Positions 26,905-35,380 of a stretch of 64,000 bases of DNA are shown here, piece by piece. How positions within the stretch are numbered: the stretch's first letter is position 1; every line of letters starts with the position of its first letter. The stretch comes from a virus. Lineage: Duplodnaviria; Heunggongvirae; Uroviricota; Caudoviricetes. The stretch lies in the IMG/VR virus record IMGVR_UViG_3300048593_000385. One strand, 5' to 3'. Made by a program: the position numbers and the translations under genes. The notes beneath the pieces were generated by a model. The model had not been told where the DNA came from, made no database searches, and was given only the letters and a program-made list of their open reading frames with translations.

Positions 26905-27186
26905 TCACCGAACAATCAGTCCTGTGGTTTGCTTGATGTATTCAGCCTTAACTGCATCAAAGGTCTTGGTAATTGCTGCGACCGCAGTCTGAGCAATCTC
27001 AAACTGAGCATTCGGATCTGCTGTGAGAACCCAAGGAATCAACCCGAATCCTCCCTTATCGAGCATCACACCATGTGGTTTGGTAACAACATATGCCCGA
27101 CCTTCCCAGACTTCAACCAGCTTGGCAACTACCTCGTCACCAGAGACCAGCTTCATTGTTACAATATCATTTTCTTTAACAGCCAT
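26905..27186 (-). CDS. Hypothetical protein
   Basis: 93-aa ORF. Confidence 0.45.
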   Translation of the reverse strand: MAVKENDIVTMKLVSGDEVVAKLVEVWEGRAYVVTKPHGVMLDKGGFGLIPWVLTADPNAQFEIAQTAVAAITKTFDAVKAEYIKQTTGLIVR

Positions 27187-27389
27187 TATTCAGGGATCCT
27201 ATACCATTCAATTATAAGGTTCAGAGCATCAATGTGCTTCTGAATTTCGATGTCATCTGCTTCTGGGTCGCCCCAGACAAATACATTACTGTTTGCGCCA
27301 AGGTCTTTGGTAAGACTATCGCGAGTTTCTTCAAGTTGTTTCCAAACGATCCTATCGACCTGTTCGTACTGTAATTCTATACTAACCAT
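27186..27389 (-). CDS. Hypothetical protein
   Basis: 67-aa ORF. Confidence 0.4.
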   Translation of the reverse strand: MVSIELQYEQVDRIVWKQLEETRDSLTKDLGANSNVFVWGDPEADDIEIQKHIDALNLIIEWYRIPE

Positions 27390-27634
27390 TATACTTTCCT
27401 ATCCAATACAATAAAAATCGCTAGTAGTACTACTAGCATAGCGACAAAGGTCCAACCGAGGATATACCATTCAGTCATTATACTAACTCCTCATACACAC
27501 CAACGATCTCTGCGAGACCGTAACCCAATCCAAGAATGAATACGGCAACAGATGGATTGCTCATCATCAAGCAAGCAACGCAGCTCGCAGCAATTCTTAT
27601 ACCACTCTTTACAAAAGAGATTAACTGGTGTTTC

Positions 27635-28048
27635 TTAGGATCTGGATGTTTCATTGTCTACTACCTTCTTGTAACGATTGTAAGTTCCATCAGCCTCTTC
27701 GATCATGATCTCATCAAGCTCAGTATTACATGCTATAACACGCTGTTCACCTTCTGCTACAATACGAGCAGCTGATCGAAGCCTACGCAATACAGCATTG
27801 GCAATACCAAACTTATTACGATTGGTTTCAATAGCTTCTTCTACCGCATCAGCACATTGACGATACAATTCATCAGGAAGTTCCCACGAATGATCGACAG
27901 CGTTTGCAAAGTCACCGACCCGACGAAGGTATGCTTGCCCACCATCCACCGAGATAGAGCCACAGGTGCAAGTTACAAAATCGTGACGGTGCTTAGAGAC
28001 GATGAAGTCTCCGCAGCCTAGACACGTTACAGCATTCTGAATAATCAT
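27635..28048 (-). CDS. Zinc-ribbon protein
   Basis: 137 aa with CLGCGD ... CTCGS Cys pairs near the N-terminus. Confidence 0.45.
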   Translation of the reverse strand: MIIQNAVTCLGCGDFIVSKHRHDFVTCTCGSISVDGGQAYLRRVGDFANAVDHSWELPDELYRQCADAVEEAIETNRNKFGIANAVLRRLRSAARIVAEGEQRVIACNTELDEIMIEEADGTYNRYKKVVDNETSRS

Positions 28049-28287
28049 GACGAAACCTTTTGATGAACCAAGGTAATATGCTTACATTTACCGTGGAAGT
28101 TGAATCCCATACAATCACACACCCAACCAGTTGCAACCATGGTTGTGTTGTATTGTTTACCTTTTGAATTTATATAGGGCCAAGTGAAACCGACCAGATG
28201 GTGTTCTTCGCTGAAATTTATTCCAGGAAGAGCAACAGGAGTTCGATAAGGACTTACTCCAGAAACTTGCATCATATAACCTCTCAA
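28045..28287 (-). CDS. SWIM zinc-finger domain protein
   Basis: 80 aa. WVCDCMGFNFHGKCKHI fits the SWIM CxCxnCxH signature. Confidence 0.5.
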   Translation of the reverse strand: MRGYMMQVSGVSPYRTPVALPGINFSEEHHLVGFTWPYINSKGKQYNTTMVATGWVCDCMGFNFHGKCKHITLVHQKVSS

Positions 28288-28297
28288 TCAATAATTC

Positions 28298-28326
28298 ACT
28301 ATACCCCATTTTTTAAAATAAAGCAA
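28298..28326 (-). promoter_or_regulatory. Early promoter cassette copy 8 (TTGCTT-17-TATAGT)
   Basis: Minus strand reads AATCCTTGCTTTATTTTAAAAAATGGGGTATAGTGAATTATTG. Confidence 0.5.
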
Positions 28327-28329
28327 GGA

Positions 28330-30411
28330 TTATTTTGAGGTTGCGCGATAAACACCATCCCAATTTTTAGGAGCAGCTTTGGCTTCGTTCATACGATCGA
28401 GCATGGCTTCGTAGTAGCCTTTGAGTTCTCCATTCCACAATGGACCCATTTCATATGCCATGGCCATGGCTCTGCCCCAATCACCTGAGCGATATGCATC
28501 CAGGAATCTGTTGTGAGCAATTTCAGCCTTTTCGTTCTTTTCTTCAAGAACTGTATAGATTCGAGCTGGTTCAGTTTTGCCTTTAACAGCAATCAAATCA
28601 AGTTCAATTACTTGGTATACATCCCTAACCAGTTCGGCAGTTTGTGGTCCGACGATGAGTTTGACCCCATAAGGTTTGGTTTGACCTTCGAGGCGAGCAG
28701 CCAAATTAACCCCATCACCCAAGCAAGTGTAATCAAAACGCTGGTCGCTGCCCATATTACCAACAACCACAGTGGCAGTGTTAATACCAAGACCCATACC
28801 GAAAGCTGGAATGCCTTCCCCTTTAATTTCGCCATTAAATATCTCCAGGTCTTTTAGCATCTGGAAAGCAGTGCGCACCGAATCCAAAGCATGTTGAGGG
28901 TTATCTACTGGTGCATTCCAGAAAGCCATCTGTGCGTCACCAATATACTTATCAAGTGTTCCTTTGTTTTCCAGAATAGCTCTTGTCATCACAGTCATAT
29001 ATCTATTCATTATGGAAGTAAGACCTTCAACGTCTTCGCCATAGTGTTCGGAAATAGTAGTGAAGCCACGAACATCAGTAAACATAATCGACAACTGTTG
29101 TTTTGTTCCACCTAGCTTGAGTAACTCTGGCTGTTTCTGCAGCTGAGCAACCAAGTCTGGCGACAGATACGTGCCAAACTGTTTCTTAATCTGTTGCTTT
29201 TGTAGGAATTCGCTGATAAACTTGGCAGTATATAGATGTATATATACAAACAGTGCAGCAGCAATATTGAACGACACATCAAAAAGGATGTGTTCTTTGG
29301 TAAATAAATAGAATGGTAGATACAGATATCCGCCCATGATCACGGCGATATATATAATTGAATAGCGGAAACGAGAAACAACAATCAATGACAGGCAAAC
29401 AAAAACAAATGCACCAAGATCAGCAAGTTGCCCCCACAGAGGAATCGCAACCGAATCACCATTTATCAGAGTCTGAAGAATTGACGCTTGCAACTGATGG
29501 GGATACTGCGCACCTTGTGGAGTCGCTACAGGATTCGCGATACCAGCGGCAGTTACGCCAAGTATCACAATTTTACCTGTCAGATCAGGCAAAGCCTTGT
29601 CACCAATTTCGAATGACGCAAATTTATAGTTCGGATTGACGAACACTCGACCATATTCATCAGTTTTAATTGTTTCGAAGGAAGGAATTCGTAATGCCTC
29701 AACTCCCGTCTGATTTATCTTCGCTTGATATGACGGATCTCCAGCAGCTACACGCAGCATCTCTAGAGCAAATGCGGGATAGTATTCGCCAGATGATTGT
29801 GCTAGAAGAGGAACTCGCCGTACGACCCCGTCTGCCTCAGGTAATGTTGATGTTATCCCAACACCGACAGCGGCTTCTTGCAGAGGTGCAATATTACTTA
29901 GAACGCATGGATATTGAGGAAGAAATTCAGTTGGTTCTCCATCGCCGATTACGGCAACGCCTGTCTTCCGAATTGTCGCACTTGCCTGAGGTGAACCTCG
30001 GCCAGTGGTCGATCCAGCAATACAGTCAGCGGAAACAGTCTGACTGAGTACAACTGGATATTCGCTTAGAGCATTCGCAAGAACTCTATCAGTCCCCAAG
30101 CGGTCAGGCTCAGGCATAAGTATAGTGCTGCCAACAGCGCCAGCCCCTCTGCTGTATATATCGCCAATGATTTTAGCATGGACTTCCCTCGGGAAAGGCC
30201 ACTGACCATATTTTTCAATTGATTTCTCCCCTAAATTAGCGACTACAATCTGCTCAGATTGCTTTGGTGTATCCAGCATGATGTAGTCATAAAATTTAAG
30301 GCGAGACGCTTCAACCAAAAATGGATCTTGTAGCTTTACTACAAGCAGTAGCGCAAATGTGATCAGTACCAACCACGGAGACAATAAAATTTTAATCGCT
30401 TTGTTTGACAT
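28330..30411 (-). CDS. Membrane-bound class III adenylate cyclase with periplasmic CHASE2 sensor domain
   Basis: 693 aa. N-terminal TM, then about 300 aa extracytoplasmic CHASE2-like domain, 3-4 TM helices, then the cyclase homology domain (FTDVRGFTTISE ... DKYIGDAQMAFWNAP ... GINTATVVVGNMG ... DYTCLGDGVNLAARLE). The Lys before YIGD indicates ATP specificity. Confidence 0.85.
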   Translation of the reverse strand: MSNKAIKILLSPWLVLITFALLLVVKLQDPFLVEASRLKFYDYIMLDTPKQSEQIVVANLGEKSIEKYGQWPFPREVHAKIIGDIYSRGAGAVGSTILMPEPDRLGTDRVLANALSEYPVVLSQTVSADCIAGSTTGRGSPQASATIRKTGVAVIGDGEPTEFLPQYPCVLSNIAPLQEAAVGVGITSTLPEADGVVRRVPLLAQSSGEYYPAFALEMLRVAAGDPSYQAKINQTGVEALRIPSFETIKTDEYGRVFVNPNYKFASFEIGDKALPDLTGKIVILGVTAAGIANPVATPQGAQYPHQLQASILQTLINGDSVAIPLWGQLADLGAFVFVCLSLIVVSRFRYSIIYIAVIMGGYLYLPFYLFTKEHILFDVSFNIAAALFVYIHLYTAKFISEFLQKQQIKKQFGTYLSPDLVAQLQKQPELLKLGGTKQQLSIMFTDVRGFTTISEHYGEDVEGLTSIMNRYMTVMTRAILENKGTLDKYIGDAQMAFWNAPVDNPQHALDSVRTAFQMLKDLEIFNGEIKGEGIPAFGMGLGINTATVVVGNMGSDQRFDYTCLGDGVNLAARLEGQTKPYGVKLIVGPQTAELVRDVYQVIELDLIAVKGKTEPARIYTVLEEKNEKAEIAHNRFLDAYRSGDWGRAMAMAYEMGPLWNGELKGYYEAMLDRMNEAKAAPKNWDGVYRATSK

Positions 30412-31483
30412 TTATAATAGTCCCGCCCGATGGTTGATTTACTTCGATTAGAAATGACTTTCCATTACTATCTATGTATAATGTTTTGTTTGAATCTTTT
30501 TTGACAACAATGTCAACAGTACTACTTAGTGTCCGAACGAGCCGTAGATAATCTCCAGAAAGAATTGTAGTTATCTGTGTAGTATTATCTAGCCCAAATG
30601 TTGTTCCGCACAACTTGGTGTCTTCTCTGGTGACACAATTATCTGCTCCTAAAGCATTGTCTAAAAAGTCTTCGCCGAGGTAATTTGCATCGATTGCATT
30701 AATATCAAGATCCGAACTTGCAAGTGCATTTTCTTGTAGATCATCTTTGGCAAGGAAATCTACATCAAGTTCAGAGAGATCCAGCATGTTAGTCCTGATA
30801 TCTCTCAATTCCTCCTCAGTCTTGAATTCTTCGGCAGGTGCTACGATGAGCATATTATCAATTTGATCAAGTGACATATTCAGAATGACTGGACGAGTAG
30901 GTCTGCTGTCTGTGGTTGATACTATGGTCGCTTGAAACGCTCTGGTCAAAATGACTGAGCCAGCAGCATTTGAAACAGTAATCTCACCAACTGATCCATC
31001 TTCCTCTGGCAGAAGGATGACCAAACTCTTTCCAAAATCATCGACTGTGGTCGCAAAGTCTGTTCCACGAACAGCAATCGTGGCTGTTGGTGTTCTCAGA
31101 TTAATATTGCCTTTGTTGATTTTTCCGGATTTACCTGTCGCAAATCTGGCAGTCCCCGAAGCAAATTTGAGAACCATTTTTGATGTTGATGGATTGCCGC
31201 TGTAAACAAAATCATCAACAACAAGCCTAGAATTTTCAGTGACTTTGACGGTAGAGTCGTCTAAAAAAGTTATCTCGACTCTACCGTTTCCAGTCTGCAC
31301 TTTGTCCATCTTGGCAATAGGTAACTGAAGTCGTGAAGGAACCTTTGCAGTTTTCTTCACAACTTCGCTCGAACCTCGAGTTTGAGTTACCTTACCAATA
31401 TTAGCATGGACCACCTGCGTTGCACTGATTAATAGTAATAGTGCTGCCGTTGCTCGTGCTATCAACTTTAAGTGTGTCAACAT
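30392..31483 (-). CDS. Secreted FecR-domain protein
   Basis: 363 aa. Signal peptide (LLLLISATQVVHA). FecR-type beta-rich pattern including ATIAVRGTDFATTV (the a.v.GT.F.v hallmark). Confidence 0.6.
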   Translation of the reverse strand: MLTHLKLIARATAALLLLISATQVVHANIGKVTQTRGSSEVVKKTAKVPSRLQLPIAKMDKVQTGNGRVEITFLDDSTVKVTENSRLVVDDFVYSGNPSTSKMVLKFASGTARFATGKSGKINKGNINLRTPTATIAVRGTDFATTVDDFGKSLVILLPEEDGSVGEITVSNAAGSVILTRAFQATIVSTTDSRPTRPVILNMSLDQIDNMLIVAPAEEFKTEEELRDIRTNMLDLSELDVDFLAKDDLQENALASSDLDINAIDANYLGEDFLDNALGADNCVTREDTKLCGTTFGLDNTTQITTILSGDYLRLVRTLSSTVDIVVKKDSNKTLYIDSNGKSFLIEVNQPSGGTIINVKQSD

Positions 31484-32096
31484 TTGTTGTGCTCTGCTGA
31501 TTTATTGTTAATGTATTTGTACTGCCTGTAAGAACCAATTCAATATTCTTCCCAGCATTGCCATTCTGCAGCGTAGTAATAGTATTACCATCACCAACAA
31601 TAGTCTTAGTGTTCACCACATCATCCGCATTTATGGTGGATGTCATTGTGTTGGTGTCACCAGTGATTGCGATAGTTTGTGTAGCATTAGTGGCTGATGC
31701 CGCTGTACCCTGATTAAAGGTCAAGTCGTTTGAATCCCCAGTCACTGTAAGTGTTTTGGTGGATCCAGCCACACTACCGCTATCGCCTTCGTCATACGTC
31801 AACTTATTGTTGTCGCCAGTAACAGTAACATCCTTATCGACATTATCTGCTTGAACAATAGAGCCTTGGATAATGTTTCCATTACCTTCTTGTTTGACTG
31901 TAACTGTTTGGTTATTACCTTCAATTACTACTCGATTCTGCTCAGAACCGATGCTGTTGGTTTGACCTTTTTGGGTAATAGTAATAGTGCTACTATCACC
32001 GACCTGATCAATAAAAATCGAGTTGGTTGTTGTTTGTGCAAAACTCACCGAACTCGTCATCAGAAACATAATGAAAAGAGCTATTTTATTTTTCAT
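31401..32096 (-). CDS. Secreted curlin-repeat protein (CsgA/CsgB-like amyloid subunit)
   Basis: 231 aa. Signal peptide. Tandem degenerate repeats of the form ITQKGQTNS / VKQEGNGNIIQG / TVTGDNNKLTYDEGDSG / TVTGDSNDLTFNQG / AITGDTNTMTS / LTGSTNTLTINQ, resembling curlin repeats (S-x5-Q-x-G-x-G-N). Confidence 0.6.
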   Translation of the reverse strand: MKNKIALFIMFLMTSSVSFAQTTTNSIFIDQVGDSSTITITQKGQTNSIGSEQNRVVIEGNNQTVTVKQEGNGNIIQGSIVQADNVDKDVTVTGDNNKLTYDEGDSGSVAGSTKTLTVTGDSNDLTFNQGTAASATNATQTIAITGDTNTMTSTINADDVVNTKTIVGDGNTITTLQNGNAGKNIELVLTGSTNTLTINQQSTTNVDTLKVDSTSNGSTITINQCNAGGPC

Positions 32097-32101
32097 TACC
32101 C

Positions 32102-32920
32102 TTATTCCTTTAATGATACCGATCGATCGATATCGATCTTCGGTGCGAACTTAAAATATCCTTTCTCGATACCCTGTTTTATCAATTGTAAAACTGCTTC
32201 TTCAATCGCCATTTTGACTGCCATGGTGTTGGCTTCATTTTCGGTCATGCCTGCTTCGGCTTCCACCAATTTTGTGCCAACATCGACAAATTTAAACAGT
32301 GACAGATCTTTACCGACAGATAATACTGTTTTAGAAACTTGCACATTAAGAACAACTTCTCCAGTATTAGTGTTGACTCCTCGCAGAGAAACAACAACCT
32401 GATCTTTTCGGTAGACGACAGAGCCTCCTACACCAAGATATCTTGCTCCTGCTCCGCCTGTCTGTATGTTACTATCATACCCGATAATACCACCTTGGAT
32501 GATGAGCCCAGCGAACAGCATTGGTTCGAGTTTATTTGCACCCTCACCAAGATATTCTTCACGAGTCTGTCTAACAATCTGACGTTCTTTGGCAAGATCC
32601 TCGACACGATTTCGTTCTACAACTCTAAACCATGTTCCTCCACCTGCATCCCTCAAAGCAGAAATTAATAGTGGTGTTCCGCCTTGTGTGACTGCAGTTG
32701 ATATGCTGGCAATACCATCTTTATCTCTGCGTTGACCTGTCATATCAGGAAAGTCATAAACCGCTACTACTGCTTGTCTGTCAGGCGCAGGAAGGTTGTA
32801 TAATTCTTTGACTTGTGTCTTTACAATCTTTGCATCTTCTTTTAATTGAAGACCAACAGGTCCAGATGCCACGCAACCACACAGAAGAAAAGGTAATAAT
32901 AGAATCTTCCACATTACCAC
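32102..32920 (-). CDS. csgG: Curli production assembly/transport outer-membrane lipoprotein CsgG
   Basis: 272 aa. Lipobox LLCGC. Extensive collinearity with E. coli CsgG, for example AVVAVYDFPDMTGQ (VSVYNIQDETGQ) and GLIIQGGIIGYDSNIQTGGAGARYLGVGG (NIMVEGSIIGYESNVKSGGVGARYFGIGA). Confidence 0.9.
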   Translation of the reverse strand: MVMWKILLLPFLLCGCVASGPVGLQLKEDAKIVKTQVKELYNLPAPDRQAVVAVYDFPDMTGQRRDKDGIASISTAVTQGGTPLLISALRDAGGGTWFRVVERNRVEDLAKERQIVRQTREEYLGEGANKLEPMLFAGLIIQGGIIGYDSNIQTGGAGARYLGVGGSVVYRKDQVVVSLRGVNTNTGEVVLNVQVSKTVLSVGKDLSLFKFVDVGTKLVEAEAGMTENEANTMAVKMAIEEAVLQLIKQGIEKGYFKFAPKIDIDRSVSLKE

Positions 32921-33366
32921 TTGAATCCACTTGTTGGAACTATAATCTCAGTTTGATTGCCAGCTGCATCAATGATCACAAGTTTAATTTCTGTTTCAGT
33001 TTTTTCATACTTGATAGTGTTGCCTTCGAGTATGAATTCTCCAGCCTCTCCGCCATCTTCGCCAAACAAATTATTGGTAAGCTGTTGTGCCAGCTGAGAA
33101 TAGATACGAGACTGCAAGTTATTCAAGAAACGATTCAAAATAGAGTTTTTTTCTTCGAGAGCCTTTGCTTTCAAATCAGCTTCTATCTTGTCCTGTATAG
33201 TTTTTTTACGCAGAGTCTCTTGATTTTCAATCGTCAGCCATTGCGCTCCAGCATTGACGCCAGAGAATGAAGGATTTTTAAATTGATGGACCAGTTCACT
33301 TGCTTGCAGGTGGCTGCTTGTCAGGAGCAGCATTAGTGCCGTCACTCGTTTTAGCATCTTTCCCAT
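32914..33366 (-). CDS. csgF: Curli assembly protein CsgF-like
   Basis: 150 aa. Signal peptide, then LVHQFKNPSFSGVNAGAQWLTIENQ (E. coli CsgF: [25 protein letters not shown]). C-terminal KLVIIDAAGNQTEIIVPTSG ([30 protein letters not shown]). Confidence 0.7.
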   Translation of the reverse strand: MGKMLKRVTALMLLLTSSHLQASELVHQFKNPSFSGVNAGAQWLTIENQETLRKKTIQDKIEADLKAKALEEKNSILNRFLNNLQSRIYSQLAQQLTNNLFGEDGGEAGEFILEGNTIKYEKTETEIKLVIIDAAGNQTEIIVPTSGFKW

Positions 33367-33422
33367 CCTTTATTTTTTTGTTTGAACAAAAAGAAAAGTT
33401 GAGCTCGAAGACTTTGAGGATT

Positions 33423-33689
33423 TCAATCTTTAGATTTACTTGCATTTTTATGCTCCTCGTGAACCTGCAGCACAACGTTAACCTTTTGTTGTAACCTAAT
33501 TAGATCATTGTCCAACATTCTAATACGATCAATCAGTGCGATCAAAATTACATTTGTTTCACCAATCAGAGGCATTAATCTGTCAGTAACAAACTTATAG
33601 ATAAAGAATACAAAGTAACCCATTCCCACAGACGCTACGATCGGGAAACCATATTGTTTTATTAACTCCGCAACAACTTGTGGATCCAT
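33423..33689 (-). CDS. Small single-TM protein, paralog 1 (holin-like?)
   Basis: 88 aa with N-terminal TM (FPIVASVGMGYFVFFIYKFV) followed by a coiled-coil. Tandem paralog of the next ORF. Confidence 0.4.
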   Translation of the reverse strand: MDPQVVAELIKQYGFPIVASVGMGYFVFFIYKFVTDRLMPLIGETNVILIALIDRIRMLDNDLIRLQQKVNVVLQVHEEHKNASKSKD

Positions 33690-33976
33690 CAGTCCCTCCG
33701 AGCATCATTCTTTCCATCTGCTCGGGCGATTCTATCCAAATCAGGTCGAAGACCAAGAGCAGAACTAACTACAGCATCAACACGAATAATGTCGTGGTTC
33801 ATAGTTTTCACTCGGTTGTCCAACCCCATAATGATACCTTGCATTCCTTTGATTGCTTTCAAAACACTCTCAAGAATATAGTTGATCACAAAATACACGA
33901 AAACCCCACCGAGCAAACAAGCTGCGATGGGGAAGCCGACATCGGCGATCAGTTGAAAGATAACATCATATTGCAT
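33689..33976 (-). CDS. Small single-TM protein, paralog 2 (holin-like?)
   Basis: 95 aa. Same architecture (FPIAACLLGGVFVYFVINYI, then a coiled-coil). Confidence 0.4.
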   Translation of the reverse strand: MQYDVIFQLIADVGFPIAACLLGGVFVYFVINYILESVLKAIKGMQGIIMGLDNRVKTMNHDIIRVDAVVSSALGLRPDLDRIARADGKNDARRD

Positions 33977-34168
33977 GCATCTATTTATAATAAAAGCGAA
34001 GTGGGAGGATTTAGGTATACCTCCAAGGTCCAGTCAATTACTATCTGTAATCTCGACCCACGACTCGTTAGCTGGTTAAGCAGGAGACCAATCCCCGAGT
34101 CTACTTTATCCCCACTGACGAGGGGATTATTCAGTCACACTTCTTACTAGACCCGTCGGTCCAGATAT

Positions 34169-34245
34169 TTGGTACGGGATGACAGGCTCGAACTGCCGAC
34201 ATTCTGCGTGTAAAGCAGACGCTCTACCAACTGAGCTAATCCCGC
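34169..34245 (-). tRNA. tRNA-Val (TAC)
   Basis: Cloverleaf with anticodon loop TTTACAC, T-arm GGCAG-TTCGAGC-CTGTC, CCA encoded. Confidence 0.65.
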
Positions 34246-34246
34246 A

Positions 34247-34684
34247 TTAACTTCTTACCATATGGTCAGCTGCATGCGTTGCAGCAAATGCCTCAGGTTT
34301 AACTTTTGCATCAAGACCAGTAGTTCCTTTGACATATCCCAATGCTTCTTTTATCGCAATACTAGATTTGTGCTTAGGATCAGGATTGATGTCAAGGTGA
34401 ATTTCTAGTTTGCGATCGCCAACAACATCAATAATTTCTGTTGCTGCTTGGATCGCAAATCCAGCTTCGGTGATCATTCTTTGACGAAGGTTTCCGTAGT
34501 CGCGCATGTCAACCGAATTGTGCCAAAGCTGACAACCATGCTTCGAATCCTTGTGCAGGATGATCACGGTCGAATACTTTGCCCACCACTCCTTGTTCTT
34601 TTTATATCGAATGCTATCGGCACCAACATAAATTGTAGAAGTGTCGCTTGATTCTATAATTGCCTTCTTTGCTTCATCAAACAT
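34247..34684 (-). CDS. Hypothetical protein, possibly RNase H-like fold nuclease
   Basis: 145-aa ORF embedded in the tRNA array. Acidic residues are spaced as in RuvC/YqgF-like nucleases (IYVGADS ... ITEAGF ... EIHLDINPD), which is weak evidence. Confidence 0.3.
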   Translation of the reverse strand: MFDEAKKAIIESSDTSTIYVGADSIRYKKNKEWWAKYSTVIILHKDSKHGCQLWHNSVDMRDYGNLRQRMITEAGFAIQAATEIIDVVGDRKLEIHLDINPDPKHKSSIAIKEALGYVKGTTGLDAKVKPEAFAATHAADHMVRS

Positions 34685-34698
34685 AAATCACCTAAAAA

Positions 34699-34773
34699 CT
34701 GGCGAAGGTGCCGAGACTCGAACTCGGAACGACGGTTTTGGAGACCGTAATGATAGCCATTTCACCACACCGA
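34699..34773 (-). tRNA. tRNA-Trp (CCA), acceptor stem with two mismatches
   Basis: Anticodon arm ACGGT-CTCCAAA-ACCGT, T-arm CCGAG-TTCGAGT-CTCGG, CCA encoded. The acceptor GTCGGTG/CACCTTC has two non-pairing positions. Confidence 0.5.
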
Positions 34774-34779
34774 CAAAAA

Positions 34780-34857
<78 letters not shown>

Positions 34858-34862
34858 AATTA

Positions 34863-34944
34863 TGGAGCCCAAGACAGGATTCGAACCTGCATCTTACTTC
34901 CAGTTACCTTTGGCTCCGTTCGTAGCGGAGAGGGATACTTGGGC
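34863..34944 (-). other. Degenerate tRNA-like element (perfect acceptor stem, T-arm and CCA, but aberrant D/anticodon region)
   Basis: Acceptor GCCCAAG/CTTGGGC, T-arm GCAGG-TTCGAAT-CCTGT, CCA. The interior contains a perfect 5-bp/7-nt hairpin CTCCG-CTACGAA-CGGAG (anticodon-like ACG) but no orthodox D-arm. Confidence 0.3.
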
Positions 34945-34949
34945 AAAAG

Positions 34950-35024
34950 TGGAGCGGATGATCGGGATCGAACCGACGACGAACAGCTTGGAAGGCTGAC
35001 ACTCTACCACTGAGTTACATCCGC
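34950..35024 (-). tRNA. tRNA-Gly (TCC)
   Basis: Anticodon loop CTTCCAA, T-arm GTCGG-TTCGATC-CCGAT, CCA encoded. Confidence 0.6.
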
Positions 35025-35039
35025 ATTAAACTTATTTAG

Positions 35040-35115
35040 TGGCGAGGACGATGGGTTTCGATCCCACTACCTCCAGCGTGACAAGCTGGTGCTCTCCCGA
35101 TTGAGCTACGCCCCC
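35040..35115 (-). tRNA. tRNA-Asp (GTC)
   Basis: Anticodon arm CCAGC-TTGTCAC-GCTGG, CCA encoded. Confidence 0.65.
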
Positions 35116-35117
35116 AA

Positions 35118-35202
35118 TGGTGGGTCAGTGAGGTATCGATCCTCCCCCGAAGACGGATCGGATTTACAGTCCGACTGCCAGAGCCACTGGCTTTACCGAC
35201 CC
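35118..35202 (-). tRNA. tRNA-Tyr (GTA), long variable arm
   Basis: Anticodon arm TCGGA-CTGTAAA-TCCGA, extended variable arm, CCA encoded. Confidence 0.6.
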
Positions 35203-35208
35203 TTAAAA

Positions 35209-35291
35209 TGGTACGGGTAGAGGGACTTGAACCCCCACGCCGAAGCGCTAGTACCTAAAACTAGTGTGTCTGCCAATTCCACCATACCCGC
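35209..35291 (-). tRNA. tRNA-Leu (TAG), long variable arm
   Basis: Anticodon arm CTAGT-TTTAGGT-ACTAG, T-arm GGGGG-TTCAAGT-CCCTC, CCA encoded. Confidence 0.6.
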
Positions 35292-35380
35292 ATAGGAGTA
35301 TCTCACGTCTCGATACACGTGCTAAACATTCACGACAGACTCCATACACCATACGGTATGCGAGTAGTTTAGCTATTAAC

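Noticed and set aside
33981-33988. A TATAAATA late promoter directly upstream of the first small TM paralog (33976)
   Set aside because: The motif ends only 5 nt before the ATG, leaving no room for a transcription start plus ribosome-binding site. It is probably a chance AT-rich match.
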